Below, one piece after another: positions 49,740 through 59,653 of a stretch of 64,000 nt of DNA. The notes under the pieces are model-generated. The model was given only the letters and a program-made list of their open reading frames with translations. It had not been told where the DNA came from and made no database searches. Each line of letters begins with the position of its first letter. Within the stretch, counting starts at the first letter, position 1. The translations under genes were made by a program, and so were the position numbers. The DNA is from an uncultured Chloroflexia bacterium (GTDB taxonomy: Bacteria > Chloroflexota > Limnocylindria > Limnocylindrales > CSP1-4): positions 262,156 to 326,155 of the forward strand of contig CAVOJY010000003.1 in NCBI GenBank assembly GCA_963696405.1. Reading direction: 5' to 3'.

Positions 49740-50723
49740 ATGGTGAGGTCCAGCCGGCCCGGCCCCGAGCGTCCCTCACGGCCCGGCCTTGACCAGGTGG
49801 TCACCGTCCACCAGCTCAGGCTCCTCGCCGCGGTAGCCGACCGCGGGGGCGTTTCCCGGGCGGCCGAGTCGCTTGGGCTGAGCCAGCCCGCCGTGTCTCA
49901 CCAGCTCAGGACCCTGAGCGAGGCCGTCGGGGCGCCGCTGGTGGAGACCGTCGGACGCCAAGTTCACCTGACTGCCGCCGGGCAGGTCCTCTACGACCAC
50001 GCCCGCCGGATCCTCGCCGAGTTCGAGGCGGCAGGGAGCGCCCTGGACGAGTTGCGGGGCCTGCGCAGCGGCATGCTGCGCGTTGTCGGCGACACGACTG
50101 TCGGCACGTACGTTCTTCCCGATGTGCTCGGTTCGTTCCGCCACGAGCACCCCGCGATCGAGGTCCGCCTGGACGTCGGGAACCGCCAGCACGTCCTCGC
50201 CCGCCTGGTGGCAAACGAGGTCGACTTCGCGATCGGCGGACGGCCCTGGGAGGACCCGCCCGTCCCGCTCATTGTCCGGCCTTTCCTGGCCAACGAGCTC
50301 ATCGTGATCGCATCCCCGCGCCACCCGCTGGCAGGTGCCCCACGCGTCACCCTCGGGCAACTCGCCGGCGAGCCGTTCATCACGAGGGAACCTGGTTCGG
50401 GAACCCGCGAGACGGCAGAGGAGGCGTTCCATCGCGCCCACCTGTCGGTCCGACCGGTCATGGAGCTGGCCAGCAACGGCGCGATCAAGCGGGCCGTCGC
50501 CCAGGACCTGGGGTACTCGATCGTCTCACGCTATGCGGCCGCGCTCGAGCTCAGCCTTGGTCTCCTCGTCGAGCTGCGGGTTGACGGCTTCCCGCTGCTC
50601 CGCGAATGGCACCTCTTTCAGGCTCGCGACAAGCGCCTGAGCCCGGCAGCCGAGGCCTTTCTCGGTTTCGTGGTCGAGGGCCGCTGGCGGGACAACGTGG
50701 GTCGTCCCCTGGCCACGGACTGA
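49740..50723 (+). CDS. cbbR: LysR-type regulator, CbbR-like
   Basis: LysR HTH (LSQPAVSHQL), REPGSGTR, SNGAIK; directly upstream of prk-rbcLS. Confidence 0.85.
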   Translation: MVRSSRPGPERPSRPGLDQVVTVHQLRLLAAVADRGGVSRAAESLGLSQPAVSHQLRTLSEAVGAPLVETVGRQVHLTAAGQVLYDHARRILAEFEAAGSALDELRGLRSGMLRVVGDTTVGTYVLPDVLGSFRHEHPAIEVRLDVGNRQHVLARLVANEVDFAIGGRPWEDPPVPLIVRPFLANELIVIASPRHPLAGAPRVTLGQLAGEPFITREPGSGTRETAEEAFHRAHLSVRPVMELASNGAIKRAVAQDLGYSIVSRYAAALELSLGLLVELRVDGFPLLREWHLFQARDKRLSPAAEAFLGFVVEGRWRDNVGRPLATD

Positions 50724-50849
50724 GTCCCGGGCGGCTGCCTCGCGCAGGCATACTCGCCAATCGTGACGCGAAGATGCACTGGGAGGCATGTACACCATGC
50801 AAAGGATGTATTGGACCTCATGATCACCGCGCGGTAGGCTTGTCGCCTC

Positions 50850-51875
50850 ATGACCGCCGAGATCACCCCACCCGACCAGCGCCCGATCTTCGTCGCCATC
50901 GGAGGCGACAGCGGGAGCGGTAAGTCGACGCTCGCCGCCGGCTTCTACCGGATCTTCGGCGACGCCCGGATCACCACCGTGTGCCTGGACGATTACCACA
51001 GCCTGGACCGGGAGCAGCGGAAGATGGTAGGCCTTACCGCGCTCAACCCTCGGGTCAACAACTTCGCCCTGATGGAGGAGCAACTGCTGACCCTCAAGCG
51101 CGGCCGGACGGTCCGGAAGCCGGTGTACGACCACCGGGATGGAACCTTCGGTCCGCCCGAGGTCGTGGAACCGGGAGAGGTGGTGATCGTGCAGGGTCTC
51201 CACCCGTTGCTGGTGCCCGGCATCCGGGCCCTGTTCGGCCTCAGGGTCTGGCTGGATCCCGAGGAGGAACTGAAGCGCCACTGGAAAATCCAGCGCGACG
51301 TTGCCAAGCGCGGCTACACGGAGGAGCAGGTCCGCCGCGAGATCGAGCTGCGCCGGGAGGACGTCGAGGCATTCATTGCACCCCAGCGCCGCTTCGCCGA
51401 CCTCGTCGTTCGCTTCTACCGTCAGCAAGGACGCGATGACGAGCACCTCAGCGTCCGCATCACCACACGGTCGACGCTCCCGCCCATCAACCTCGAAGGG
51501 ATCCTCGACCGACCCGGGACGGGACTTCGGGTCTTCGAGCGGGAGGGCGATGAGATCACCGAGATCGACGGCGATGTCGATCGCGATACGGCGTGGGAGC
51601 TCGAGGACCGGATCTGGGAGCACATCGACAAGCGCCACCGCCACCTGCGGCACCTCGGGCCCGAGCAGTTCGGCACGTTCACGGATGAACGCCTCCGTGA
51701 GCGCCACAGTGACCCCCTCGCTTTGACGCAGCTGCTGCTCGTCCACCGGATCCTCGCGGCCGAGCGGTGGATGCTCCTCCGGGTGCCGGTCGACCAGCAC
51801 GAGTTGCTCGTGGACGACCTGGGTTCCTGCATTCCCGTGGACGAGCACGGCGGTGGCGGCCATGAGCATCCCTGA
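50850..51875 (+). CDS. prk: Phosphoribulokinase (cyanobacterial/plant type)
   Basis: GGDSGSGKST, CLDDYHSLDR, KPVYDH, WKIQRD, PQR..AD. Confidence 0.92.
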   Translation: MTAEITPPDQRPIFVAIGGDSGSGKSTLAAGFYRIFGDARITTVCLDDYHSLDREQRKMVGLTALNPRVNNFALMEEQLLTLKRGRTVRKPVYDHRDGTFGPPEVVEPGEVVIVQGLHPLLVPGIRALFGLRVWLDPEEELKRHWKIQRDVAKRGYTEEQVRREIELRREDVEAFIAPQRRFADLVVRFYRQQGRDDEHLSVRITTRSTLPPINLEGILDRPGTGLRVFEREGDEITEIDGDVDRDTAWELEDRIWEHIDKRHRHLRHLGPEQFGTFTDERLRERHSDPLALTQLLLVHRILAAERWMLLRVPVDQHELLVDDLGSCIPVDEHGGGGHEHP

Positions 51876-51920
51876 GCAGCGTGCCCCCGACCGGCCCGGT
51901 CGCTCACCCAGGAGACCACG

Positions 51921-53360
51921 ATGACTGAACCGGCCGCTCCGCTCTTCGATGCCGGCGTGAAGATGTACATGGAGACCGGGTACTGGCGCCCGGACTATGT
52001 CCCGCGCGACACCGACGTCCTCGCCGCGTTCCGCCTCACGCCCCAGGACAACGTCGCCCCGGAGGAGGCGGCAGCGGCCGTGGCCGGCGAGTCATCCACC
52101 GCGACCTGGACGACAGTGTGGACCGACCGGCTGACCGATCTCGAGCGCTACAAGGGGAAGTGTTATCGGCTCGAACCGGTCCCGGGTGAGCAGAACCAGT
52201 ACATCGCCTTCATCGCCTACGACCTCGACCTCTTCGAAGAGGGCTCGATCCCGAACCTCACCTCGTCGATCGTGGGCAACGTCTTCGGCTTCAAGGCCCT
52301 GCGGGCGCTCCGACTCGAGGACATGCGGTTCCCCGTCGCCTACCTCAAGACGTTCCCCGGACCGCCGCACGGTCTGCGCGTCGAGCGCGACAAGCTGAAC
52401 AAGTACGGCCGGCCGCTCCTGGGCGGGACGATCAAGCCGAAGCTCGGCCTCTCGGCCAGGAACTACGGCCGGGCCGTCTACGAGGGGCTGCGCGGTGGTC
52501 TCGACTTCACGAAGGACGACGAGAACATCAACTCCCAGCCGTTCATGCGCTGGCGCGACCGCTTCACCTTCGTCGCCGAGGCCATCCGCAAGGCGGAGGA
52601 CGAGACGGGCGAGCGGAAGGGCCACTTCCTCAACGTGACCGCGCCCGACATCGAGCAGATGATCGAGCGTGCGGAGTTCGCCAGGGCGTGCTCGCCGATC
52701 ATCATGGTCGACTTCCTGACCGTCGGGTTCGCCGGGCATCAGACCCTCGCGAACTGGTGCCGACGCAACGGAGTGCTCCTCCACGTCCACCGCGCGATGC
52801 ATGCGGTCATCGACCGCCAGCGCGCCCACGGGATCCACTGGCGGGTCCTCGCGAAGATGGTGCGGATGATGGGCGCCGATCAGCTGCACAACGGGACGGT
52901 CGTGGGCAAGCTCGAGGGCGACCGCGCGTCGACCGAGGCCATCAACGACCTCCTCCGGGACGATTTCGTGGCCGAGGATCGTGCCCGGGGCATCTACTTC
53001 GACCAGCCGTGGGCGTCGCTTCCCGCCGTCTTCCCGGTGGCGTCGGGCGGCATCCACGTCTGGCACATTCCGGACCTGCTGGCGATCTTCGGCGACGACG
53101 CCGTCTTCCAGTTCGGCGGCGGCACCCTCGGTCATCCCTGGGGCAGTGCCGCCGGGGCGTCGGCGAACCGCGTCGCGCTGGAGGCCGCGGTCAAGGCCCG
53201 CAACGAGGGGCGGGACCTGGTTGCCGAGAGCGCCGACATCCTTGACGCTGCCGCCCGCCATTCGCCCGAGCTGAGGGTCGCCCTCGACGTGTGGCGTGGG
53301 GTCATGTTCGAGAGTCTCGAGGCGACAGATCGCCTCGACCGAGTGGAGGCCGGGGTATGA
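51921..53360 (+). CDS. rbcL: Form I RuBisCO large subunit
   Basis: [66 protein letters not shown]. Confidence 0.98.
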   Translation: MTEPAAPLFDAGVKMYMETGYWRPDYVPRDTDVLAAFRLTPQDNVAPEEAAAAVAGESSTATWTTVWTDRLTDLERYKGKCYRLEPVPGEQNQYIAFIAYDLDLFEEGSIPNLTSSIVGNVFGFKALRALRLEDMRFPVAYLKTFPGPPHGLRVERDKLNKYGRPLLGGTIKPKLGLSARNYGRAVYEGLRGGLDFTKDDENINSQPFMRWRDRFTFVAEAIRKAEDETGERKGHFLNVTAPDIEQMIERAEFARACSPIIMVDFLTVGFAGHQTLANWCRRNGVLLHVHRAMHAVIDRQRAHGIHWRVLAKMVRMMGADQLHNGTVVGKLEGDRASTEAINDLLRDDFVAEDRARGIYFDQPWASLPAVFPVASGGIHVWHIPDLLAIFGDDAVFQFGGGTLGHPWGSAAGASANRVALEAAVKARNEGRDLVAESADILDAAARHSPELRVALDVWRGVMFESLEATDRLDRVEAGV

Positions 53361-53719
53361 GTCGAGGAGCGCCGACCAGGCGGGTCGAGACGTTCTCCTA
53401 CCTGCCACCCCTGACCGACGACGAGATCGGCCGGCAGGTGGACTGGATTCTCAGTCGCGGCCTCGTGCCGGCCATCGAGCACACGCTCCACCCGCGGCCG
53501 CGCGACAGCTACTGGAGCATGTGGAAGCTGCCGCTCTTCGAGGCTCGGACAGGCGCCGAAGTCCTCGGGGAGATCGCTTCCTGTCTCGAGGCGAACCCGG
53601 AGAGCTACGTCAAGGTCGTGGGCTACGACCCGCGCCTCCAGAGCCAGGTAGTCAGCCTCGTGGTCCGGCGGCCGCAACGGGGCGACCAAGGCGAGCCCGC
53701 AGGCCTGGACCAAAGCTAG
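53357..53719 (+). CDS. rbcS: RuBisCO small subunit (short, green-like)
   Basis: [24 protein letters not shown]; ATGA overlap with the rbcL stop. Confidence 0.96.
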   Translation: MSRGAPTRRVETFSYLPPLTDDEIGRQVDWILSRGLVPAIEHTLHPRPRDSYWSMWKLPLFEARTGAEVLGEIASCLEANPESYVKVVGYDPRLQSQVVSLVVRRPQRGDQGEPAGLDQS

Positions 53720-53726
53720 AACGCGT

Positions 53727-53768
53727 GGCTGCGGCCGGGCCCCGAGGGGTGCGGTGCCGGCCGCAGCC
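53727..53768. terminator. Hairpin between convergent genes
   Basis: 12-bp IR GGCTGCGGCCGG/CCGGCCGCAGCC; no U-tract. Confidence 0.5.
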
Positions 53769-53776
53769 CGGACGGG

Positions 53777-54400
53777 TCAGCCTGACTTCGCGCCGCAGTT
53801 GCCACAGAAGCGGGCGCCCTCGGCGAGGTCGGCGCCACACTGCGTGCACTTCGGGGTTCCCAGCCGCGTCCCGCAGTTGGCGCAGAACTTCTCGGACCCC
53901 ACGGGCCGGCCGCAGCTCGGGCAGACCGTCGCTCGCGCGGTCGTGTCGCCCGAGAAGACGCGCTGGGCCTGCATCGCCTCGCGCATCTGCTGCAGTTCCA
54001 CGTCCGATCGAGTTGCCTCCATCTCAGCCGCCAGTTTCGGCGCGCAGTTGGTGCAGAGGCCGCGCTGGTCGTTCCAGCATGTCTCGTCCACCCAGTTGTT
54101 ACAGCGCGGGCAGCGCTTGAAGAGCGCCATGATCTCGTTCGACGAGCGCTGCAGGGCATCGTCGCGCTCGCCCCGGTCGGCGACGTCTCGGACGGTGTCC
54201 GCGGCGTTGCTGGCGCTCCCGAAGATGCCGCCGATGAGGCTGGAGGCGCCCCGGAGCACGGTGCCGGCCGTGCCCATCTTCGAGCGGATGTACTCGCTGC
54301 GGTAGCCGCTGCCGCAGATGTCGCAGCGGAACTCGAACTGGTAGCCGGTCTCGTCGGAGAGGTCCGAGTAGTTCGAGGTGAAGGGCGTGAACCCGGCCAT
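53777..54400 (-). CDS. Multi zinc-ribbon protein
   Basis: NYSDLS..GYQFEFRCDICG and several C-terminal CxxC pairs. Confidence 0.85.
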   Translation of the reverse strand: MAGFTPFTSNYSDLSDETGYQFEFRCDICGSGYRSEYIRSKMGTAGTVLRGASSLIGGIFGSASNAADTVRDVADRGERDDALQRSSNEIMALFKRCPRCNNWVDETCWNDQRGLCTNCAPKLAAEMEATRSDVELQQMREAMQAQRVFSGDTTARATVCPSCGRPVGSEKFCANCGTRLGTPKCTQCGADLAEGARFCGNCGAKSG

Positions 54401-54548
54401 GGTCTCCTCCGCTGGTGCCGGCGATGGTGCCGGCGACCCCGCGCTGGGCGGCTGTGCTCGCCGCCCATCGTAGCGCGTCCCGGCCAGTGTCCTCGCCGTG
54501 GTTTCGCCGGGTCACCATGTGTCCCCTGCCGCTGCCATACTCGGGGCC

Positions 54549-55628
54549 ATGGGCCAACCTCGTCGCGCCAGCGGACCGGTCGCGATCACGCCTCCGCCGC
54601 GTGTCGTTCGCCTCGCCCTCGTCGGTTTCGGGGCGGTTGCGCGGGCGCTCGTCGCGCTGCTCGAGCAGACGGCCGAGGAAGTGGCACGCGAACGGGGCGT
54701 GGCGTTCGTGTTCGCGGTCGTCGCCACGAGGCGAACGGGCGTGGCCCTCCTGCCCGGGGGAACCGGGCCGGCCGACGTGGCGGCCGGGTTTCCGGTGGCG
54801 CCCGCGCGGCCGGTCGCGGCACTCGCCTCGGTCCTTGCGGACCCGGGAACCCCGTACGACGTGCTGGTGGAACTCAGCACCGTTGCGCCGGCGGACGGGG
54901 AGCCGGCGGCGACCTACCTGCGGGCGGCGCTCCGCAGCGGACGGCACGCCGTGAGCGCCAACAAGGGCCCCATCGCCTGGCACGGGCGTGAGCTTGCCGA
55001 GCTTGCCGCGGCGAGCGGCGCGGCGCTGCGGTACGAGGCGGCGACCATGGACAGCCTGCCGGTCCACGCCATCCGCGAGCGGATCGTCCCCGTCGGACGC
55101 GTCGTCTCCTTCGCCGGCATCGTCAACTCCACGACGAACCTCGTCCTCACGGCCATGGCCGCCGGGCGGAGCGCGGCCCGGGCGCTGACAGAAGCGCAGC
55201 AGCTCGGGATCGCCGAGGCGGACCCCCGGAACGACACCGAAGGGCACGACGCCGTCCTCAAGGCCACGATTCTCGCGAACCTGCTGCTCGAGCCGGCCGA
55301 CCCGCTGACGCCCGACCGGGTGGATCGGCGCGGCCTGGAGGCCGTGCCGGATGACTGGCCGTCCCGCGCGGCCGCAGCCGGCGGCCGCGTCCGGCTTGTC
55401 GCCCGCGGATGGCGCGATGGCGTGGACGGCAGGGTCGCGGCCGCACGGGTGGGACCGGAGGAGCTGCCGCTCGGCCACCCCCTCGCGCTCGTCGACGGCA
55501 CCTCGATGGCACTCGACCTCGAGACGGAGCATGCGGGCACGCTGCACCTCGCGCTCGTCGAGCCGCACGTGGAGCAGACTGCCTACGCGGTGCTCACCGA
55601 CCTGCTCGCGCTCGCCGAGGCCCGCTAG
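54549..55628 (+). CDS. hom: Homoserine dehydrogenase
   Basis: GFGAVA, SANKGP, GIVNSTTN, AEADP..D.EG.D...K. Confidence 0.85.
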   Translation: MGQPRRASGPVAITPPPRVVRLALVGFGAVARALVALLEQTAEEVARERGVAFVFAVVATRRTGVALLPGGTGPADVAAGFPVAPARPVAALASVLADPGTPYDVLVELSTVAPADGEPAATYLRAALRSGRHAVSANKGPIAWHGRELAELAAASGAALRYEAATMDSLPVHAIRERIVPVGRVVSFAGIVNSTTNLVLTAMAAGRSAARALTEAQQLGIAEADPRNDTEGHDAVLKATILANLLLEPADPLTPDRVDRRGLEAVPDDWPSRAAAAGGRVRLVARGWRDGVDGRVAAARVGPEELPLGHPLALVDGTSMALDLETEHAGTLHLALVEPHVEQTAYAVLTDLLALAEAR

Positions 55629-56056
55629 TCCATCCCAAGCTCGTGGAGGCGCCGCTCGTCGAAGCCGGCGTGGTGAGCCAGCTCGTGGACGATGGTGACG
55701 CGCACCTCCTCCTCCAGGTCGTCCGGATCCGGGAAGTCATCCTCGAGCGGGAACCGGAACAGCGTGATCTTGTTCGGCCACTGGACCCAGTCGGCGGCGT
55801 ACTCGGTGGGCGGGGTGCCCTCGTAGAGGCCGTAGAGCGTGTCGTCCCGGTCGAGCCCGCTCGTCCGCAACTGCTCCGGCGAGGGCTCGTCCTCGACGAC
55901 GATCGCGACATCATTCAGCAGCGGTCGCAGGATCGCCGGCAGCCGGTCGATCGCGCGCTCGACGGCGGCCTCGAAGAAGGCGAGGCGTGACGTGCGCACG
56001 GGCGCGCGCCGGTGGGGACGAGCGCGGGACTGGGTACCCCGGCGGCGAATCGGCAT
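55625..56056 (-). CDS. Minimal zincin metallopeptidase family protein
   Basis: LYGLYEG, HELAHH. Confidence 0.88.
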   Translation of the reverse strand: MPIRRRGTQSRARPHRRAPVRTSRLAFFEAAVERAIDRLPAILRPLLNDVAIVVEDEPSPEQLRTSGLDRDDTLYGLYEGTPPTEYAADWVQWPNKITLFRFPLEDDFPDPDDLEEEVRVTIVHELAHHAGFDERRLHELGMD

Positions 56057-56134
56057 GGCCCTATCGTAGCGGTCGCCGCGAGGCCGCCACCCGAACCTCG
56101 GCCCGACTGTGGCTGGGGCGAGTACCATTCGGAC

Positions 56135-56296
56135 ATGGAAATTGCGATCATCCTCATCGTGGTCCTCATCGTGGTCCTGATGTGGCGCGGCCCGAAGACC
56201 CTGCCCAAGCTGGGTGAGGCGGCCGGAAAGGGCCTCAAGTCGGTTCGCGACGAGGCGAACGCCAAGATCGACGAGGAGGCCGGGGAGAAGCCCTGA
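56135..56296 (+). CDS. tatA: Twin-arginine translocase TatA
   Basis: N-terminal TM helix, then GPKTLPKLG amphipathic helix. Confidence 0.8.
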   Translation: MEIAIILIVVLIVVLMWRGPKTLPKLGEAAGKGLKSVRDEANAKIDEEAGEKP

Positions 56297-56325
56297 CGCA
56301 GCCGTCGCGCCGGTCACCACCAGCG

Positions 56326-57120
56326 ATGTCCGACCTGCCCGAGCACCTTCGCGCCGTCGTGGCCGAGATCGAGAGTGAGATCGGCGATCTGGGCGAGCCT
56401 GCGCCTGGTGCCCCGCCTGCCCCGGACCCGTCGGCCGTGTCGCCTGCTCCTGCGCCGGCCCGGCCTGCGCCGGCCCGGCCCGCGTCGCCCGTTCCTGCGC
56501 CGGTCCGCGACATCGAGGGCGGGGGAGGGCAGAGCGATGCGATCCTGGCCGCCAACCGGCGGGTGGAGGAGGCCGTGCGGCAGATCCTCGTCGAGGTCGG
56601 CGAGGACCCCGACCGTGCGGGCCTGGCGGGGACGCCGGAGCGCGTGCACCGCATGTACGCGGAACTGACGGCCGGCTACCACGTCGATCCCCAGCGGCTG
56701 ATGAACGGCGCCCTCTTCCAGGCCGACTACCGCGAGATGGTCGTCGTCAAGAACATCCCCTTCTACAGCCTCTGCGAGCACCACCTCCTGCCGTTCTTCG
56801 GCGAGGCGGCTGTCGCGTACATCCCGAAGGGCCGGCTCATCGGGTTGTCGAAGATCCCGCGCATCGTCGAGATGTTCGCGCGCCGGCTCCAGGTCCAGGA
56901 GCGCATGACCCAGCAGATCGCCGACTTCCTGATGGAGCAGCTCCAGCCCATGGGCGTGGGCGTGGTGCTGGAGGCGACCCATCTCTGTTCCGTCATGCGA
57001 GGCGTTCGCAAGGAAGGGACGGTGATGACGACGAGCCACGTTCTCGGGCTCTTCCGGACGCGCGACCGCACGCGCGCGGAGTTCCTTGCCCACCTGGAGC
57101 GGAACGAGCGCTCCCGATGA
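56326..57120 (+). CDS. folE: GTP cyclohydrolase I with a Pro-rich N-terminal extension
   Basis: SLCEHH, GLSK, RLQVQER, HLC..RG. Confidence 0.95.
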   Translation: MSDLPEHLRAVVAEIESEIGDLGEPAPGAPPAPDPSAVSPAPAPARPAPARPASPVPAPVRDIEGGGGQSDAILAANRRVEEAVRQILVEVGEDPDRAGLAGTPERVHRMYAELTAGYHVDPQRLMNGALFQADYREMVVVKNIPFYSLCEHHLLPFFGEAAVAYIPKGRLIGLSKIPRIVEMFARRLQVQERMTQQIADFLMEQLQPMGVGVVLEATHLCSVMRGVRKEGTVMTTSHVLGLFRTRDRTRAEFLAHLERNERSR

Positions 57121-57572
57121 TGACCGAGCAGCCCGCCCCCGCCACGACCGCCCCTGAGGAAGAACAGGTGCCGGCCCGCCCCATCCGCATCCTCATCGCC
57201 AAGCCCGGCCTCGACGGTCATGATCGCGGCGCGAAGGTCCTCGCGCGTGGCCTGCGGGACGAAGGGTTCGAGGTCATCTACACGGGCCTGCGCCAGACCG
57301 CCCGGATGGTCACCGCCGCCGCGCTCCAGGAGGACGTGGACGTGGTCGGGTTGTCCATCCTCTCGGGTGCGCACATGACCCAGCTGCCGCGGATCTGCGA
57401 TGCGCTGCGCGAGGCGGGCCTGGGCGATGTGCTGGTCCTGGCCGGCGGGATCATCCCCGAGGACGACGTCCCGGCTCTGCTTGCCGCCGGGGTTGGCCGC
57501 GTATTCGGCCCGGGCACGACGATCCGCGAGGTCGCCGAGTACGTCCGCTCGAACGCCCGCCGGCGGGGATGA
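57117..57572 (+). CDS. Methylmalonyl-CoA mutase cobalamin-binding subunit
   Basis: [22 protein letters not shown]. Confidence 0.92.
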   Translation: MMTEQPAPATTAPEEEQVPARPIRILIAKPGLDGHDRGAKVLARGLRDEGFEVIYTGLRQTARMVTAAALQEDVDVVGLSILSGAHMTQLPRICDALREAGLGDVLVLAGGIIPEDDVPALLAAGVGRVFGPGTTIREVAEYVRSNARRRG

Positions 57573-58516
57573 CCGAGCCTGCGACGGCGTGGGATCTTGC
57601 CGCCCGCGCGCGGACGGGCGACCGTAGAGCGCTGGCCCGCCTCCTCACCGAGATCGAGAACCGCACCGCGATCGCGGAAGCGGCTCTCCGGATCCTGTAC
57701 CCACTCGCCGGACGTGCGCACCTCGTCGGCATCACCGGCCCGCCCGGGGCCGGCAAGAGCACGCTCATCTCGGCCCTGATCGGCGCCGTCCGCGCAACCG
57801 GGCGCCCGGTGGCGGTGCTGGCGGTGGATCCCTCGAGCCCGGTCACCGGCGGGGCCATCCTCGGCGACCGCGTCCGGATGATGGACCACGCCGGCGACGG
57901 CGATGTCTTCATCCGCTCGATGGCATCGCGCGGTCACGCCGGTGGCCTGGCCACGGCCACGATCGCGGCCGCCGCCGTACTCGACGCCGCGGGCTTCCCG
58001 ATCGTGTTCCTGGAAACGGTCGGGACCGGCCAGGCCGAGGTCGAGGTGGCGGCGGTCGCGGACACCACGCTGGTCGTCGAGGCTCCCGACATGGGGGACG
58101 ACATCCAGGCGATCAAGGCCGGGCTCCTGGAAGTGGCCGACGTCGTCGTTGTCACGAAGGGCGACCGGCCGGGTGCGGACCGCACCGCCGGCCGTCTCCG
58201 GGCCATGCTCGGCACGGCGCCCGTACTCGTCACGGCTGCCACGACTGGCGCGGGCATCCCGGAGCTCCTGGACGCCATCGACGAACGGGCGGCAGCCCGC
58301 GGCCTGAGTGGCCCGGGCATCGACGGCGCGCGGCTCGCCCGGGCCCGGGCGCAGCTCGAGGGGATCATCGCGGAGCGGCTCCAGGCACGGATCCTCTCCG
58401 CCGTCCGCACCGCCGAGACCGAGGCGCTGCTCCGCGCGATCGCGGCCCACGAGGTCGACCCGTACCAGGCGGCCGACCGGGTCATCGCCGTGCTCGACGG
58501 CGCGCCGCGGGTATGA
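57569..58516 (+). CDS. meaB: Mutase-associated GTPase
   Basis: [28 protein letters not shown]. Confidence 0.92.
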   Translation: MTEPATAWDLAARARTGDRRALARLLTEIENRTAIAEAALRILYPLAGRAHLVGITGPPGAGKSTLISALIGAVRATGRPVAVLAVDPSSPVTGGAILGDRVRMMDHAGDGDVFIRSMASRGHAGGLATATIAAAAVLDAAGFPIVFLETVGTGQAEVEVAAVADTTLVVEAPDMGDDIQAIKAGLLEVADVVVVTKGDRPGADRTAGRLRAMLGTAPVLVTAATTGAGIPELLDAIDERAAARGLSGPGIDGARLARARAQLEGIIAERLQARILSAVRTAETEALLRAIAAHEVDPYQAADRVIAVLDGAPRV

Positions 58517-58558
58517 TCCGGGCCTGATCCGGCTCTGTCACACGTGAGGGAGGGAGCC

Positions 58559-59419
58559 ATGGGAGGCGTGGCCATCGTCACCGACAACGCCGCCGACCTG
58601 TTGCCGGAGGAGATCGCGGCGGCGGGCATCGAGGTCGTTCCCCTGAGCGTCTCCTTCGGCGAGGAGTCCTTCCTGCCGGGCGTTGACCTCACGAACGAGC
58701 AGTTCTACGCTCGCCTGACGGCGCCGGGCGCCCCGTTCCCGAAGACCGCGGCACCCAGCGCCGGCCTCATGCAGGCCGCGTTCGAGCGAGCCCTCGGTGG
58801 CGGCGCCGACGCGGTCGTCTGCATCGCCCTGAGCGGCGGGCTGTCGGCCACCCTGGAGAGCGCCCGGATGGCGCGCGCGGCACTCCCGGACCGCGAGATC
58901 CACATCGTCGATACGCGCTGGGCGAGCTACCCCGAGGGCGTCTTCGTCCAGCTCGCCGTCGAGCTGTCCGCACAGGGCCTGAGCGCCCGGGAAATCGCGG
59001 CGGAACTGGAGCGCCGGATCCTCGACATGAACGCCATGATCGTGGTCGACACGATCGAGTACCTGCGACGCGGCGGTCGGATCAGCGGCCCGAAGGCCGC
59101 GCTCGCGACCGCGCTGTCCGTGAAGCCGATCCTCACCGTGGAGCACGGCGTCCTGGAGCAGGTGGACCGCGTGCGGACGAGGTCGAAGGCCCGGGCGCGC
59201 GCGATCGAGCTGCTGCGCGAGCGGATCGGCGACCGCGAGGTGGAACGGGCCGCGGTGCTCCAGACGGTGACCCCGGACGCCGGCTCCTTCGCCGGCGAGG
59301 CCGCGCGAATACTTGGCCTCGACCCGGACCTGGTGCCGGTCCGCACGGTGGGGCCGACCATCGGATCGCACCTGGGCCCCGGCATGGTGGCGGTACTGGC
59401 GCTCGCCCGCTCCGCCTGA
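58559..59419 (+). CDS. DegV family fatty-acid-binding protein
   Basis: IVTD, PKTAAPS, LSGGLS, GGRI, SHLGPG. Confidence 0.92.
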   Translation: MGGVAIVTDNAADLLPEEIAAAGIEVVPLSVSFGEESFLPGVDLTNEQFYARLTAPGAPFPKTAAPSAGLMQAAFERALGGGADAVVCIALSGGLSATLESARMARAALPDREIHIVDTRWASYPEGVFVQLAVELSAQGLSAREIAAELERRILDMNAMIVVDTIEYLRRGGRISGPKAALATALSVKPILTVEHGVLEQVDRVRTRSKARARAIELLRERIGDREVERAAVLQTVTPDAGSFAGEAARILGLDPDLVPVRTVGPTIGSHLGPGMVAVLALARSA

Positions 59420-59653
59420 CGTCCGCCGCGCCACAGACCGGCCGGACGGCCCCGGGCGGTCAACGTCGCAGGGTCCGGACCGTGCCTTCCGACCCGGATC
59501 CGGGCCCTTTCGCGGCCCGATGGCCCGGGCCTGCTGGCACTCGGCGACGCGAGGGCGCCCCCCTAGACTGGACTCGCCCTCACTGACGCGGGCCCGCCTC
59601 CGAGCGGGTGCCGCGCGACGTCCACTCACCATGCTCATGGGAGGCCCTCACTC

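Noticed and set aside
49221-50723. Zinc-ribbon-CbbR fusion (500 aa)
   Set aside because: Caused by a 1-bp loss in a tandem repeat; the zinc-ribbon gene ends at 49714 in another frame.
51921-53360. Form IV RuBisCO-like protein for methionine salvage, given the mtn genes in the window
   Set aside because: Full Form I catalytic motifs plus adjacent rbcS and prk.
49756-53746. GGCC(C/G)GGCCCCGAG on both sides of the cbb cassette as an insertion repeat
   Set aside because: Short, almost pure GC, and the left copy lies inside the predicted cbbR; probably chance.
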